Notes: generated from the sequence alone by a model not told the origin. Positions 1-13,649 are shown, counted from the stretch's first letter. The stretch is DNA of 64,000 bases from Bigelowiella natans CCMP2755 (GCA_000320545.1 ADNK01002757.1:50012-114011); one strand, 5' to 3'. Made by a program: numbers and translations.

Positions 1-814
1 TTCCCATTATTTTGTTGCAGGCTGCTCTGAAGTACGTCATTTTTTTTTGCAGCCATTAACAGCATCCATATTCACTTTCGTTTTCAAAATGCCACCATAA
101 TGTCCCAAAATGTCTTTCATGCTTACTTTGGCTTCATTCTGGTCGTCTACTTTTGCAAAGAACACTCCCAATATTCCATCAAACTCTTTGGCTAGTGATT
201 TTGCATCCTCCACTGAGACTCTACCCCCATCATTCGTATTATCCCCATCTTTAGTGTCTCCGTTACTATTGGGGCCAATCCCAAGTATTACTTTATACGT
301 ACCTGCAGCATGCTGTAGAAGTACAATGTATTATTTGAAGAGAAATGTTATGAAAAGATATCGAAGATTCAGAACAGATAGGAAACATAAGAAATCTAGT
401 GTAAATATAATCCAAACAAAGGAAAAAACATACATTGTTGATCTCCTTGTTCCACTTGGTCCGAATATTGTTAAGGGAGGACTTCGACTCAGAAGAGTAC
501 ATGAGAACGAAGAGGTCTGTCTGTGGATATGCCAAGGGTCTAAGCCTGTCGCCTTCTGGAGCACCATCTGTGATGCAAAGCCTACAATTTGCCCCACAAA
601 TTTTCTTATACGGTACTTCTGTTACTAACGCAACTTTTGCTGTTTCTTGTTCCTCTGGAGGGATGCCCATTACATTTAGAATATAAGTTTTCTTATCGAC
701 ACAAGTATCTCCAACAAAGACAATCCTGATATTCTTCCCTTCTATTGCAGTGAAGTCAACAGTTGGCTCAGTGGTTGGCCTGCGTTTCTTGGTGAAGGTA
801 GGAGGTTGCCCCAT
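1..814 (-). CDS. Atypical Rho/Rac-family small GTPase-like protein; 3' end probably runs off the window
   Basis: Rho-like motifs IRIVFVGD, DRLRPLAYPQTDLFVLMYS and SLNNIRTKWNKEI. Intron ~312-433 (gtatgt...ctacag) joins to HAAGTYKVILGIG...VSVEDAKSLAKE. Probable further intron from ~126 (gtaagc). G1 and G3 motifs are degenerate. Confidence 0.7.
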
Positions 815-1523
815 TAAGTGAAGATGGTGGAGCTTTCAGCGGGAAAGTGGTGCAATCTGGTGTGCAATGAATCAACTATGCTTGGTATCTCAGGGAGTGG
901 ATCTAGAATAGGAGATAATAATAAATATCCTGAATGATGTCTACGAGCATACTACGCTCGTAGTTTTGCTAAAACTCTCTTGTTGTCGCATCATCAACTA
1001 ATCCTGTAGATCTGCATGTACGACAATGATATTGTGAACAATTAAAACATCAATTTTGCTGTTCACTGCTATGAACTTCTATTTAACTTTGATGGGTTTG
1101 ACCATACAAAATGAAATGCACAAGAGCTTCCTCTTTACCAATGCTTCCGAAATAAAAATTAGTCATGTTATTTGCCTCCTTCTGTTGAAGAAAAAAGACG
1201 ATTTCTCTATCTTTATAAGGAAAATTGCCATTGTGCTCTTAAGGCCACTATCTAAAAAAATTTACATGCAATATCAAGCTCTTGAATATTAATATCATTG
1301 TCGCAGATAGTCAAACGTGCACATTGGTTGGGCATGGGTTGCTACAAGAGAAAAACCTGAGAGAAAAGAAAGTCAATTTAATCTAAAAACTGTGTCTTTA
1401 AAGTATATATCCTGAAAAATGCCCTGCAATGCAATGACAATTAAGCAAGCAGTTCTGTTATCAGGGGTCTGCACTTATACAACCGAAGAAGCGGACACAT
1501 CCCAACAGCTTCAAGAACCCAAC

Positions 1524-2525
1524 ATGGTGCTTATTCTACTACTAGTGAAGGGCGAAGATGACACATGAGGGGAGAGTGCTTGTACACTTCGAAAAAAAAT
1601 TTTGAGAGACGAAGTTTGTATGAACATCTATCTCTTCTTATTCCGATGCGATTGTTTTCTCGCAATTAGTTGTACTCTGTGGTCGCCCTCCTTGGTCTCG
1701 TTACTGTTCATGCCGTGCCTACTGCACCTAAGGCTTCTGTGCGAAGGACGCCAATATCGCGTGGTCTATCAAGGGTAATAAGCTGGAGATGGGTGTGATG
1801 CGACTCTTGTCACTCCTTGCTCTATTTCACACGGCACTCTAATTTTTTAGGCAATGAAGCCTACCTCTAATGCCGCTCGCAGTGTAGCTCCTAAAGCTAT
1901 GGATGGAATGGCCGGTAAAGTATACGACAACGTTCTCTTCAAGCAGGAAGCTGGATGGGATCCATTAAATCTTGCAGAGGGAAAGCCTAAAGAAGTTATT
2001 AACAAGTAAAGTCTCATAATATAAATGATATCGATCAGTGATGAAGAATGGCTTCTTTGAGTCGCATACAAAATATGATTTCAATAATAATACTGAAGGT
2101 ACCGTGATGCTGAGCTGATCCACGGACGAATGGCTATGGCAGCAGTTGCTGGCATCCTCATGGCTGAGAAATTCCATCCCGTATTCCCTGAGATTAGTGG
2201 CACTGCTCATGAACAGCTCGCTGCTGTATTTGAGAAGGTTCCTGCATTCAGATGGTTTGCTCTTATGCACATCTGGATTAACGAAGGTCTCCGTCTCTAC
2301 AAGTTCGACATAGAGAAACGTGGAGGAGCATTGAAATCGGGAGAGGTTCCTGGCGACTATGGATACGATCCCCTCAACTTGATGCCTAAGAAACCTGATG
2401 CTGCCCTCGTCCGTCAAAATCAAGAAATTAACAACGGTCGTCTTGCGATGGTTGCTTCACTTGGTATGATTGCTGATGAGCAAATCACTGGACAGCCTAT
2501 TGCTGACAAACTCATCCCTCTTTAA
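1524..2525 (+). CDS. Light-harvesting chlorophyll a/b-binding protein, LHCX/LI818-like, with bipartite plastid-targeting presequence
   Basis: GWDPLNLA, YRDAELIHGRMAMAAVAG, PGDYGYDPLNL and QEINNGRLAMVASLG are LHC helix 1/3 motifs. N-terminus (M)LYSVVALLGLVTVHA followed by an S/R-rich transit peptide. Introns ~1527-1669, ~1775-1850, ~2006-2098; the start ATG at 1524 is tentative. Confidence 0.9.
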
Positions 2526-2699
2526 ATTTTGTGCTGCAATGGTTTGAGGGGGAGGTTAGCAATGAAAGTCTGATTGTGAACGACAAACTGTTGTCGTACT
2601 CCATGCCCAAGTTGCCGGGGTGTGGCTTGTACATTTATCATATAATAAATAAAGTTGATGAGTGCAAAATACCATTGATATATTTTGCACGTATGTTCC

Positions 2700-4020
2700 G
2701 CTAATTATACTTTATTGCGATGTGCGCGCTGCGTGACTAAGTTAAACGAAACCCATATGCAGTCTGCTATCAATGGCCGTTTCTTGCATGCCTAGTGCGT
2801 GAGTGAAACATCGCATTTTTGTGCACCATCACGACAAGATCGTCGAGATGCATATGCACTGCTAGCTAGATCGAGAAGATGTGCTTGGTCATCAAAACTC
2901 ACTAGTTCAATGCGCTGTAGCAAAGATGTCCATCGCTAGTGTGACCCGCTATGTTCATGCACGCGTGCACGTGTCCGTATAGTGTGTAGCACGCTACACA
3001 TCTAGACATTTAGTAAGCGCGCAGACATGCATGCGCATGCTGGTCTGCTAGCTAGCGTGGTAGTAGCTGCTGCATGACTTGTTTTTGTCACGCATGCGCC
3101 CGCGGCTAGTAACCGCCCAACAAGCCAAATACGAAAATGGACACAACCTGAAAACTCTGCGTGGAATGAGGTGCCGGCTAGCTAGCTGGTGTGCCACCAC
3201 CACACGCACGTACACCGCGCATCGCGATAGCTATCGATCGATGGAGCGCACATGCTTGAAAGATGTGCTCATGGCATTTGTTAGACGTCCATGCATGTCT
3301 AGCTAGCTAGATGCGATGTGCACGTACGTACCTATAGCTAGCTAGGTACAGACACGATGCATGCTCTGCACGCGATCGATGCTAGCTACGTGCATGCGTG
3401 CGTGCGCTAGGCTAGTAGGCTAGGCCGGATGCCACATCTCCATAGTAAATCCATAGATCTCATGATGACAACATGCATGTGTGACGTTGTGCACCAGTGC
3501 ACATGCAACGTACATGCGCATTGCACACTCGTTTGATAAACTTATTTTTCTAGTTTTAGCACACATTGCTGCGATGCATGCCATGCATGTGCATGTGTAC
3601 TTATGGCTAGATAGTGATGAAATGACATCTAGACGCGTGCTAGCATGCTAGCTATAGCTAACTAGCATGTCCACGCCTACTACGACACAGTCATGCACAT
3701 CATTGTACAATAGATTGTAGCAGGGGCTAGCTAGCGTAACTTGTTAGTCTGTGATTTGTTGTCTTGATCCATTTCTAGCATTTGTTGTTGTGTTTTTGCG
3801 CACACACGCCGCTGCGAGATTCGCCTAAACTTATTTGGTGTCATTCAGACCGCTTTGTGGCGTTGCAAATGAGCTTTGCGTCTGCAGCTGCTCGAAAACA
3901 GCCTCGCGTCATGGTGATGGTTGCAGGTTCATTATTTGCCGACGGGACAAATGCACTGTGTACGACGGTGCTAACATATAGCTACAAACTAGTCCGACGA
4001 TCGACTCTAATGGACTGAGT
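2700..4020. other. Island 1: degenerate intergenic DNA rich in CTAG/GCTAGC, TGCA, CATG, GATC and ACGT palindromes; partly TpA-depleted
   Basis: Runs such as gctagctagatcg, ctatcgatcgat, cacgtacgtacctatagctagctag and tgcatgcgtgcgtgcgctaggctag, between the convergent LHC and AI-2E genes. Confidence 0.75.
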
Positions 4021-4270
4021 TGTAGCACCTTATTCATCCGCTACTAAAATAGTAGTAGTAGTAGTAGTAGAAGTAGCAGTACTGCGTGCTAATAATATAT
4101 TTTTACATTGTACATCTAGTAGCTACATGGTATTAGTGAATAGTAGCAGACACCATATATGCCCTACTACTACTACAACACTACTACTACACTACTACTA
4201 TTACTATTACTACTACTGGACTTAATCGCTACTGCTGCAGTCTCGTAGCTAGTAATGGTCTGTGTGCCTA

Positions 4271-4798
4271 CTACATTGCAATAGCAGCTGCCATCTTAGT
4301 ATTACTATCATCGTCATCATCATTACCCTTTTTTCTGGTCATCTCTTGTTTCTCTCCCCCCTCCTCTTCCCTTTTCTCATTTGAGGCAAGAGTTTGATTT
4401 TCTTCTCCTACAAGCAAGTTGAGTGCCAGCACAGTAACAGGAATCACAAGAAAAAGACCTTGCACCTAATAGATGTAGTACGTCGTTATAATATTAGTTT
4501 ACACTACGTTTTCATAGATTTGTGCTTGTGCTTTACTGCATGAAATAGTAGTAGTAGTAGTAGTAGTAATAGTAGTAGCCGTAGCAGTAAGTATTTATTA
4601 GTAGTAGCAGTACCCCCACAAAATGCTCCGAGAGGTAAAGCGCAACTAGAACGGCCAACTGAATTATATAAATAAACACACACACGCACACACACGCACA
4701 CACACAAATTGTCATATTAGATTAGGAAACACAACTGCCATTTATTGCGATGGATGATCATTATGTAAAGAAACAAGGAAACATACATCATAATAATA

Positions 4799-4830
<32 letters not shown>

Positions 4831-5712
4831 AGGATGCAATTTTAGCTTTGCAGATGCAAACGCAGGAAGGGCAAGGACCAGACCCCCATGAACTCCAATC
4901 ACCATTAAAAGAACCTAAATCAGGATGTTTATTATCTTATAGATGGGCTGCTTGGCGATGAATCAAATAAAAGCTGCAATAATTCTTAATATTCTTGATA
5001 GATATTCCTTTAAGGTAAAAAGTAGTGCCCTAGTGCTTGTTTAGAGTCGATCAAAACCCTCGAAAATAACTTTGAATCTACCACACATTTTACAGCAGCA
5101 GCATTGGTTTCCTCTTTTTTCGTTTGATGGTGGTGGTGTTGGATTTCTTGTTGTTCTTGTTGTTGTTCTTCTTCCTATTAATACGGATCATCATCATATA
5201 CCTGGACCAAAGTTTTAAAGCCTGACTCTGACAGTGCAACGATACCCATCGGTAAACAAGCTATCATCCAACCAACAACCGGAATGAACGAGAAGATAAG
5301 AGTGACAAAGGATAGCAGCTCCACACCCGGTAAACCAAGAACCATTAGGCCTGAGTATTATTATTATCACCATATATTATGCTTGCTTGATGATGGATGA
5401 CAATTATTGTTTTACATCATAGGAAGATGGTGAAGGTGATAGTGTTCACAATGAAACCCAACGCTTACGACAATTATCAATCAGAGGATACTACTAGTGC
5501 TACTTCTTTTGTTCTCACCATCATCATTATCATCATCATAATCACCAAATACCCATACCTACCTATGGTGGTAAAAATTGTGTTGAACACAGCAACCACG
5601 AACTGAACCTATTGTGAGTAGTAATCATTTTGATTTATGATTCAAATAGTAACAACTAGATGATGAAGAAAGGAGCAGCGAAGAGAGAGAGAGAAGATTT
5701 CTCAACTCGTGT

Positions 5713-5748
<36 letters not shown>

Positions 5749-5852
5749 CCATTTGATTTCCCATTTTCACCGCAAACATTATTTTCATCATCAGCACTCC
5801 ATGATCATATCAACTGATATTATACTTGCTTGGCGATGATGTGCCTCTTAAA

Positions 5853-5892
<40 letters not shown>

Positions 5893-6558
5893 CATATGGA
5901 ATATATAATATACTACTTACTTCAAATGCTTGTGATATAAGCCGTCCAAAAGTCCTGACAGCAGGTGCTAATTCATGGTAGATGAATTGGACCCTAGATC
6001 TTGAAGATCCAAGCGATTCCATTCCTGCCAATCGATCGATAACAAACAATAAATAATAATACACAAAGGCATATATTGTAGCAGCCTTATTTGTGATTTT
6101 TATTCGTTATTTTAATCATTTATGGTAGTAGTAGTAGTAGTAGTAATGGGTTGTTTATAGTTTGTTTGATTCCTTAGTGAGAGACCACCAGAAGAACAAC
6201 ATATAACATCACCACAGAAGGTGCTACTGTAGCGTATGTACTCGCAGAGGTAATAAATAGCAGTGGTAGTAGTAGTAGTAGGAGGAGGAGGAGGAGGAGG
6301 AGGAGATATAAGCGGTGCTAGTGTTGGCTGACTCTGGATTGTATTGGGAAAATCTCTTCCAAGATATAGTAGTATTAGTAGTAGTATTAGTAGTAGTAAT
6401 AACAGGCAGCAGTAGCAGCACCTTTTCTTAGATTTGGATAGTCGTAGACTATTATGGAAGAGAAGACGAAACTTACTACTGATTGGCTCAGTATCACACT
6501 AAGGAGGAGTACAATATTAACAACAAGTCATCATGATCATGTGAACAAAAAAATGAAG

Positions 6559-6594
<36 letters not shown>

Positions 6595-7322
6595 TTTAAA
6601 ACTGGTTAAATGATAAACCCTCACTTCTCACATCTAAACATTTGAGGAAGATTATGATTTAATGGTAGTGTCATCATCATCATCATCAAATCTCATTTCT
6701 TTTGTTATAATAAGCATGATAAAGTTGTTATGCTGAGCCTTCTCCTATTACTCATCCCCCCCCGTATTATTACGGCAAAACTTAGCAAAACAAGTAGAAA
6801 CCTCGTGTAGCGAAGTGTCTTCTGTATAGCAGGAATAGCCGTTAGAATTTGTTCCTTCAAAGTCTCTTGGATGTAAGCTAGTGATAAGTGAAATAAATAG
6901 TAAGTAGTACCAGGAATTTGTTATTATCACTTAATTGTGGATGATCGATCACCAAATATCTAGAAAGAAGCAGAAGAAGACAATATTTTACATTTATTTT
7001 CTTAACGTATATAGTATTATCATTCACAAGTCATCGATCACCTCTCTATGTAGCATTATCATTCACAAGTCATCAACCATCTCTCTCTCTGTTCTATATT
7101 TAATATATCTATTTCTAGTCTTTGCCCTTTAGACAGTACAATATGATGGTTAATGGTATTACTACAACTATTATTACTACTAGCTAATATTATCTTGGAG
7201 AACGATGACCTGTAAGTCTTTCTCCAACATGATGAAGATGCCGTTTACCTGTCACAGCACTACCTGCAACCCCGCTCATATCCTGAAATTATCCAATGCA
7301 CGTTATCGAATGAAGAAGAACA

Positions 7323-7360
<38 letters not shown>

Positions 7361-8955
7361 ATGATATACCGATGATGTTACTACTGCAAGCTTTTCCGGA
7401 TAAACAGAAGCCAAGAAGCTCTCCAACTTTTCAGTGCCATCATTCCCTTTACGTATGTAAATTCTATGTATCAATGCTTGCTTTTGTTGTAGTATGCTTT
7501 GAGTTCGTATATTGGTACTACTGCTACTAATTGTAGTACCGAGAAGCTGTTGGACGCCATTAGCTAAAGCCGCGTATGGATTATCACTCTGAATGACTTG
7601 CATAAAGTATTGACCCTGTCGCATGATACGAGGCACCGCTAATACCTGACATCAGTTACAACACAACACCACCAACACATGAGGAGAGAGGAGGAAGAGA
7701 AGGACAAGCAAACAAACAAAGAAGCAACGATGATATGAACAACAATCATCATCCTGTGCAGCATCATCGTCCACCAACCGTAGCTGTAGAGATAAGTACG
7801 ACAACAGATAAAATGTATGTTCCGGCAATGAATTTACGGCTTGCACCAGGAACGCGCATTCTGATGGATATAATAATGATATGTTCAGGAACACGCATTC
7901 TGATGGATATCAATGATGCTGTGTTCAGGAACACGATTCTGATGGATATCAATGATGTGTTACGTAGTACCAATAACAATTAGTAATATATATATATGAT
8001 AACAATGGTACTACTACCAATCATGTATATCACGATTCACACACACAAACACACACACACACACACACCACATAATTATACCAGGTTATTGATAATATTA
8101 CTATTGCTGACTATATAATATTTCGTATCCTTCACTACTACCAATTCGAGAAAACGACTACAATCACAATAACGCATTCTATGATTAATCCAAACGTCGC
8201 AGCATACATGATAAAATGGAGGAAATACGTCATCATGATCATGATCCTGCAGGAGGAAGATAGTATGATATATCATTGATAAGTAGCACCGAGTTCGTGA
8301 TTGAATGAAATTTGCCATATTAGAGCACAGGTGGGTCAACCAATCGACTATTGTGTTCCCAATCTAGGAGGCAGGCAGCACAATGATGATCATAATAATA
8401 ATAATATTAATAATAATAAATATAATACTTACATAAAGGGGAGAAAAGGGAGAGTATGCATCATTTATGACTCTAAGACTTTAATGCTGAATAATTCGCA
8501 CCGCACATGAGGAGGAGGCATGGCATTATAGGAAACAAGTGCTGGTCCTCTCTATCGATTGTTGTTGTAATGGTAGTTGTATAGTTATGGTGGTGGTTGG
8601 TTGGTGTATGATGTGTGGATCTCTTAATATTATTATTATTTAATTGTTTTTCTTTCTTTCTTTACCAAAACAAGAACAAAGGTTCCTAGAGCTACTGAAG
8701 AGAACTATCCGGTATTGATAGTAGTAGTAGTAGTAGTAGTAGTAGTAGATCAAGGAGGAGAAGGAGGAGAAGGAGGAGGAGGAGTGAGTTGTATGTAGTA
8801 GCAGTGTGTTGTATGTAGTAGCAACGCAACAGCAGCATCATCAAGTTTGGTAGTAGTAGTGGTAAGTATTATTACTGTACTTGTAATACTATATAGAATA
8901 AACCTGACGAAGACTCACTGCAAGTGCTAGAGCTCCAGCCCATCTATATATACAT

Positions 8956-9003
<48 letters not shown>

Positions 9004-10549
9004 GTGGTCAGGAGGCCATGTAGTTGTTAGTTTTTCTGAGTGTGGTTCATGATGTCGGTTATTGTAGTAAACCATCAACATTCGTAAGAATAATGAGAGT
9101 ATGTAATAGCAGCAGTAGTAGTAGTAGTAGTAGTAGTAATAGTATTTAAAGCAGCAGCAGTTAAACAGGACAACTTACATAGCAATTCTTCGTAGAGGAG
9201 GGATTCCTGATAGATTTATTTTGAATTATAATATCAATCAGAAGAGGACCGTACTTATATAATTGCATCATCAACATGACTCAACGTAATTAAGCAACCA
9301 AAAATCTTCACTCATAACTAATTAGTCCTTGCTACAATATTATATGACTATTTTTTGGGGTGTATTTGGCGATCGATCAGCGTATCTGGCATTTATAATA
9401 TTTGATCTCTAGAACAAGACAGTAAGTGTGTGTATTATTTTCTATATCCCTCTCCTGTTCTCTTCTTTTTGTCCTCTCTTTCATCTATTACAACCCATCA
9501 CAGCTCCAGCTGCAGCTTCAATGCTCTCTACATATCCCATTAACATCTAAATACAAAGAATTATTGTGTTTCTAAAATAAGTGGGGCTATCAACAACCAA
9601 AGAATTATTGTGTTTCTAAAATAAGTGGGGCTATCAACAACCAAAGAATTATTGTGTTTCTAAAATAAGTGGGGCTATCAACAACCAAAATGTACCAATG
9701 ATGATATTAACTATAGCAAAAGACGACGACGATGATGATGGTGATGAAGATGACGAGTTTGCTCTGGATGTTCTAATTTAGTGTTCTAATGTTCAGTATC
9801 TTACTTGCTTTGTTGACTTTCTAACTCCTTCGCTTTCATCACCACTTTGTGCTACGGATGCGGCAGCTGAATTTTGGATCTTTGTCCCGTGCATAAGCGT
9901 GAGTGGGCGAAGAAAAGTATTATGAGCGCCGTGATGATTGAGTCTTCTCTGATATCCCACCATTCTTTTCGGAAAGGACGAGTATTCGCTCAGTTGCTTA
10001 GAAAAAGAGGAGGCTGCTGGAATAGACACTGTTCGTGTAGAAGGAGATTTCCACGTATATGGAGTAGTAGTAGTTGTAGCGGTAGTAGTTGTTGTAGTTG
10101 TGGAGAATAACGTTCTTCTAGATTTAGCGGTAGTATCATCGATGAATCGTCGACTTTTGCTTCGCTCTTCAAAGTCACCACCACCATAGATGATGCGTCC
10201 CCCAGCCAAATTTAAGGAAAATCTCCCACCTTGAGCTTGTTGGAGGCTAGAAGGTACAGCGCCATTTGTAGCAACTCGTGCCTCTGCTGTATAAGTTATT
10301 AATAGGTATAGAGCCAGAAGCAGCAACCTCCCACCACCCTGTTTAGCAGCGATCACATTAGCAGCAGCAGCGGAAAGATGATGATCCAAGCATATTCATT
10401 AGTAGCATCGAAATTTCTAAATAATTTCTTATCAGGTTAACCAAGATAAGGATGGCAGAAAATAGATGCACAGTAAACAGGGGATGATAATGCACAGATG
10501 GGGCGTTAACTACCCAAACGCAGCGGGAAGTTACGACGGTCCCCACCAT
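4271..10549 (-). CDS. AI-2E (UPF0118/PerM) family membrane transporter, multi-exon, probably plastid-targeted
   Basis: Exons in order: MVGTVVTSRCVW|GGGRLLLLALYLLITYTAEA (signal peptide, then S/T/R-rich transit region), FSSVALGTFVLVL, IGNTIVDWL, VPRIMRQGQYFMQVIQSDNPY, FGRLISQAFE|VQFVVAVFNTIFTTIG, PGVELLSFVTLIFSFIPVVGWMIACLPMGIVAL, KLKLHP|LAVLVALYLSEHFVG|VQGLFLVIPVTV. FSFIPxxG and LHP...GxxGLFLxIP are AI-2E hallmarks. Confidence 0.8.
7847..7960. repeat. Intronic tandem repeat, 3 x 39-40 bp
   Basis: caggaac(a/g)cg(c)attctgatggatat... starts at 7847, 7886 and 7926. Confidence 0.9.
9554..9689. repeat. Intronic tandem repeat, 3 x 44 bp, identical copies
   Basis: caaagaattattgtgtttctaaaataagtggggctatcaacaac starts at 9554, 9598 and 9642. 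Confidence 0.95.
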
Positions 10550-11716
10550 CCCGTGGCTTAATACGGAGAGTAAGGTGCTGGTAACAACTCTCGTAAGAAG
10601 GTCTTCCCAATCCAGAAGCTCTTCTTTGTAGTGTGAATGGGGAGGGGGGTATCTTCTAGCACTTTGCAGGAGGCAGTTCAGGATGACATAATAAGGACCG
10701 GTTGTCTACTGCTGCTACTGCACAACAGTACGTGAGTGTGTGTACTTGCACTTTTTCACCTGTTTTAAGGATTTTCCCTTGTCGCTCAATTGCAACATCG
10801 ACGATTCATTCAACAACGAACGAGTTAGCGAGTATACAGAAGGGGTAGTGTCTAATGAGATGTGCTCCTGAAATCAATGCTTGTAGCAGAAATCACCATT
10901 GTACGACCAAAAACAACATCGACAACATCGCGGACTTGTCGTAGATCTAAAATTGGCCAGGGAGGGCACAGATGAGTGTCCCATGATCCTTGCAACACAG
11001 CGCCATTGGAAGCATTCATTTGTTCAGGCCACGTGTGAGCCTTTGTCTTTGTTGACTGACTGTCATTCCCCTCTGTTTGTTGAACCATCATTCCTCTTTG
11101 TTCATTGTTGTCATTGCTGCTGTTTGTTGAACTGTTGCTTCTCTTCACTTGCCATTTCTTTGTTCGCGTTGTGACCACGCTTGTTGCTCTTCGTTTGTCA
11201 TCGTTGCTGCTCGATGTCAACTGACTGTCCTTTGTCCTTGTGCGTTTGTTCATCAGCAATGTCCTCCATCCTCCTTCGCTCGCTCATCAGCAATGTCCTT
11301 CATCGACCATGCGACGCTCGCTTGTCAGCAATGTCCACCACTGGACCACCCTCGTGTTGCACTTTTGCTCACGCACTTGTCTCGTGTGCAACCATGTTCC
11401 GAGTGTGTGTGGCCACGCTGACACGCAGTGATGCTGCACGTTTGCTGCCGCGCTGCGTTGCACCTTTCCAGCTGCTCTCACAATGTCCCAGCCTCCGCCT
11501 TTCGATGGTGGATGCACGGCGACTGTGACACTGCTGTGTGCAACACGCGCCACGTTGTTGTGTCCACCCAAACGTTCGTGTTTCGTCCATGTCCAGCCAT
11601 GCGTCTGTCGCACACACTCGTCGTTCACGTTGTAGTGAAGTTGATGTGACGACGCTCGGTCACACAGTTGGTGTCCGCTCATCGGACACAGCCTTCGCTT
11701 CCACTGTCCTCTGCTG

Positions 11717-12227
11717 GCCTTCCCCGCAGCATCGGTGTGCAAGCAAAATCGGTCACTTGACATTGCAAAATCAATTTTGCACCGTGCAAAATCGGTTTTG
11801 CGTGCAAGTTGGTCACAGTGCTGATTGGCACCCCCCCCAATCCCAACCCACACGCGCAGGAACGTGCCTGTGTTCCAGTGTTTGCTCTTGTCCACCACGC
11901 TAGCACGATGAGCTTCCGCTTCTTTCCACACCTTGTTTTTTGGCGTGGAGAGCAGACGTGGTGGACGTGGTCAGTTTGTGTGTTGTTTGCTTGTGGGGAC
12001 ACGCAACCCCACTTGTGCAGGTTTGATGACTCTGTCAGAGTCGCCCCTTTCAGACCTGGCTTGTGCAGGGCATTTTCACGCACATGTGTCGGTCAAAAAC
12101 TTCATTTTTGCACGAAAAATCGGTGATTCACCGATTCTGGTCAAAACATCGATTTTGGACATGCAAAATCCGTTTTTGCAATGTCAAAAAACCGATTTTG
12201 CTTGCACACCGATTTTGCTGGAAAGCC
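11717..12227. mobile_element. MITE-like element with ~85-bp imperfect terminal inverted repeats and subterminal AAAATCGG motifs
   Basis: atcggtgtgcaagcaaaatcggtcacttgacattgcaaaa (11731-11770) is the near reverse complement of ttttgcaatgtcaaaaaaccgattttgcttgcacaccgat (12174-12213). No transposase ORF; target-site duplication not identified. Confidence 0.55.
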
Positions 12228-12442
12228 CGCTCTGGTGCTGAAACTCTGCAATTTCAGTCACCCGTTCTGCGACCGCTGGGTTGCTCCCAGCAGCATCATC
12301 CGCCGCTTTGCCTTGCGCGCTCTGGCGCTCATGGCAAGTCAATGAAAACAAATCCAAACAAAACAACCCCATTGAAAGTTCAGACTCAGCGCAACAGCAC
12401 GCACAAAGCAAGCAAAACGCAGTGAACTCACCGCGTGCCCTG

Positions 12443-13595
12443 GCCGGCTTGCCTGTGGGTCGTTCCTCGGATTTTCAGGAGGCAACAGACCCGCAGCCGC
12501 TTTTTTGTGGCCAACTCAATTTGTCGGCTGTCACTTTGACAGTGCAATTGTCCCTCTGCGCCGCGCTTGCGCCCGCAACACGTCGCGCAATGTCGGACAA
12601 TCAACGGAAAACATCAACCTTTGATGAACACCATTGAACACCAAACAATCAGCATCAGTGTCAATCCCCATTGACACTGAGGATGCAGGATCATCTGCAA
12701 AATCACCGGCGCCGTCGCCGGTGTGATTCCTGCCCAGTCTCAACAATTGCGAATGCCAGAACTCCGTCTGAAACATCACCCGATTGGGCAACACCCCTCT
12801 CGACGCTGTCTTGCCTCTCCCCACCTCGCACCGACACCTCCCCAGGGTCGTTGCTTGCTCTTCGTCCTCTTCGCATCTCTGCCTCTGCTTCCTTTCGGCC
12901 CACCGCCGTTTGGTTCAATCACGGAGGAGTGATTGCCGTTCACCAACTGCAATCCCCTCCGTTCACTTCCCTCTCTGTCGGTCTCCTAGACTCAATTCGA
13001 TGCGGAGGCAATCCCCTCCGCTCGCTTCCCTCTGTGTCGATCAAACGGAGGCAATCCCCTCCGTTCAATCCCCTCTCCATTGACCATTTGTCAATGACAA
13101 TGATGCACTTGCTGCTCCTGTCGCAGCCCCCTTTGGCAACCAACTTGTTGCCCCCGTGCCATCACGACAACCCCTTGTCGCAATGACGACCATCACGACA
13201 ACCGCTTGTCGCAATGTGATGATGATGATGATGATGACCGCAACGACAACCGCTCGTCGCAAGCCGGTCACGTCCCAAGCGCCCCCCACCAACGGGCCGC
13301 TGAACAGGCGCCAATGTGGGCGCCAACGCAACGACAATGGCGACAATGGGCGCCCATGAGCGCCACGCCATGTCCGCATGTCCGCCGCAACCAGGCGCGA
13401 CATGTGTGCATGCATGTGTCAGGATGATGTGTGACCACAGACAAATTGAAATGCGAAAAGCAGGTTTCGCAAGGTTTTTCGATCGTGCACACTGCGTGCC
13501 CCAGCTAGCCAGCCGGCTTGCCTGCGGGTCGTTCCTCGGATTTTCAGGAGGCAACAGACCCGCAGCTGTCGCATTTTTGTTGCCAACTCAATTTG
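12443..13595. repeat. Pair of ~80-bp direct repeats (12443-12523 and 13512-13595)
   Basis: gccggcttgcctg(t/c)gggtcgttcctcggattttcaggaggcaacagacccgcagc...ccaactcaatttg occurs twice. Confidence 0.9.
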
Positions 13596-13649
13596 GTGCA
13601 AAGTGACAGCAGAAAAACCCTGGGAAGTCTGCTTTTCGCATTTCAATTT
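13443..13649. repeat. 39-bp imperfect inverted repeat enclosing the second direct-repeat copy (small MITE-like unit)
   Basis: aaattgaaatgcgaaaagcaggtttcgcaaggtttttc versus the reverse complement of 13611-13649, aaattgaaatgcgaaaagcagacttcccagggtttttct. Confidence 0.75.

Noticed and set aside
9554-9689. 44-bp repeats as a CRISPR array
   Set aside because: Head-to-tail copies with no spacers, inside a eukaryotic intron, and no cas genes.
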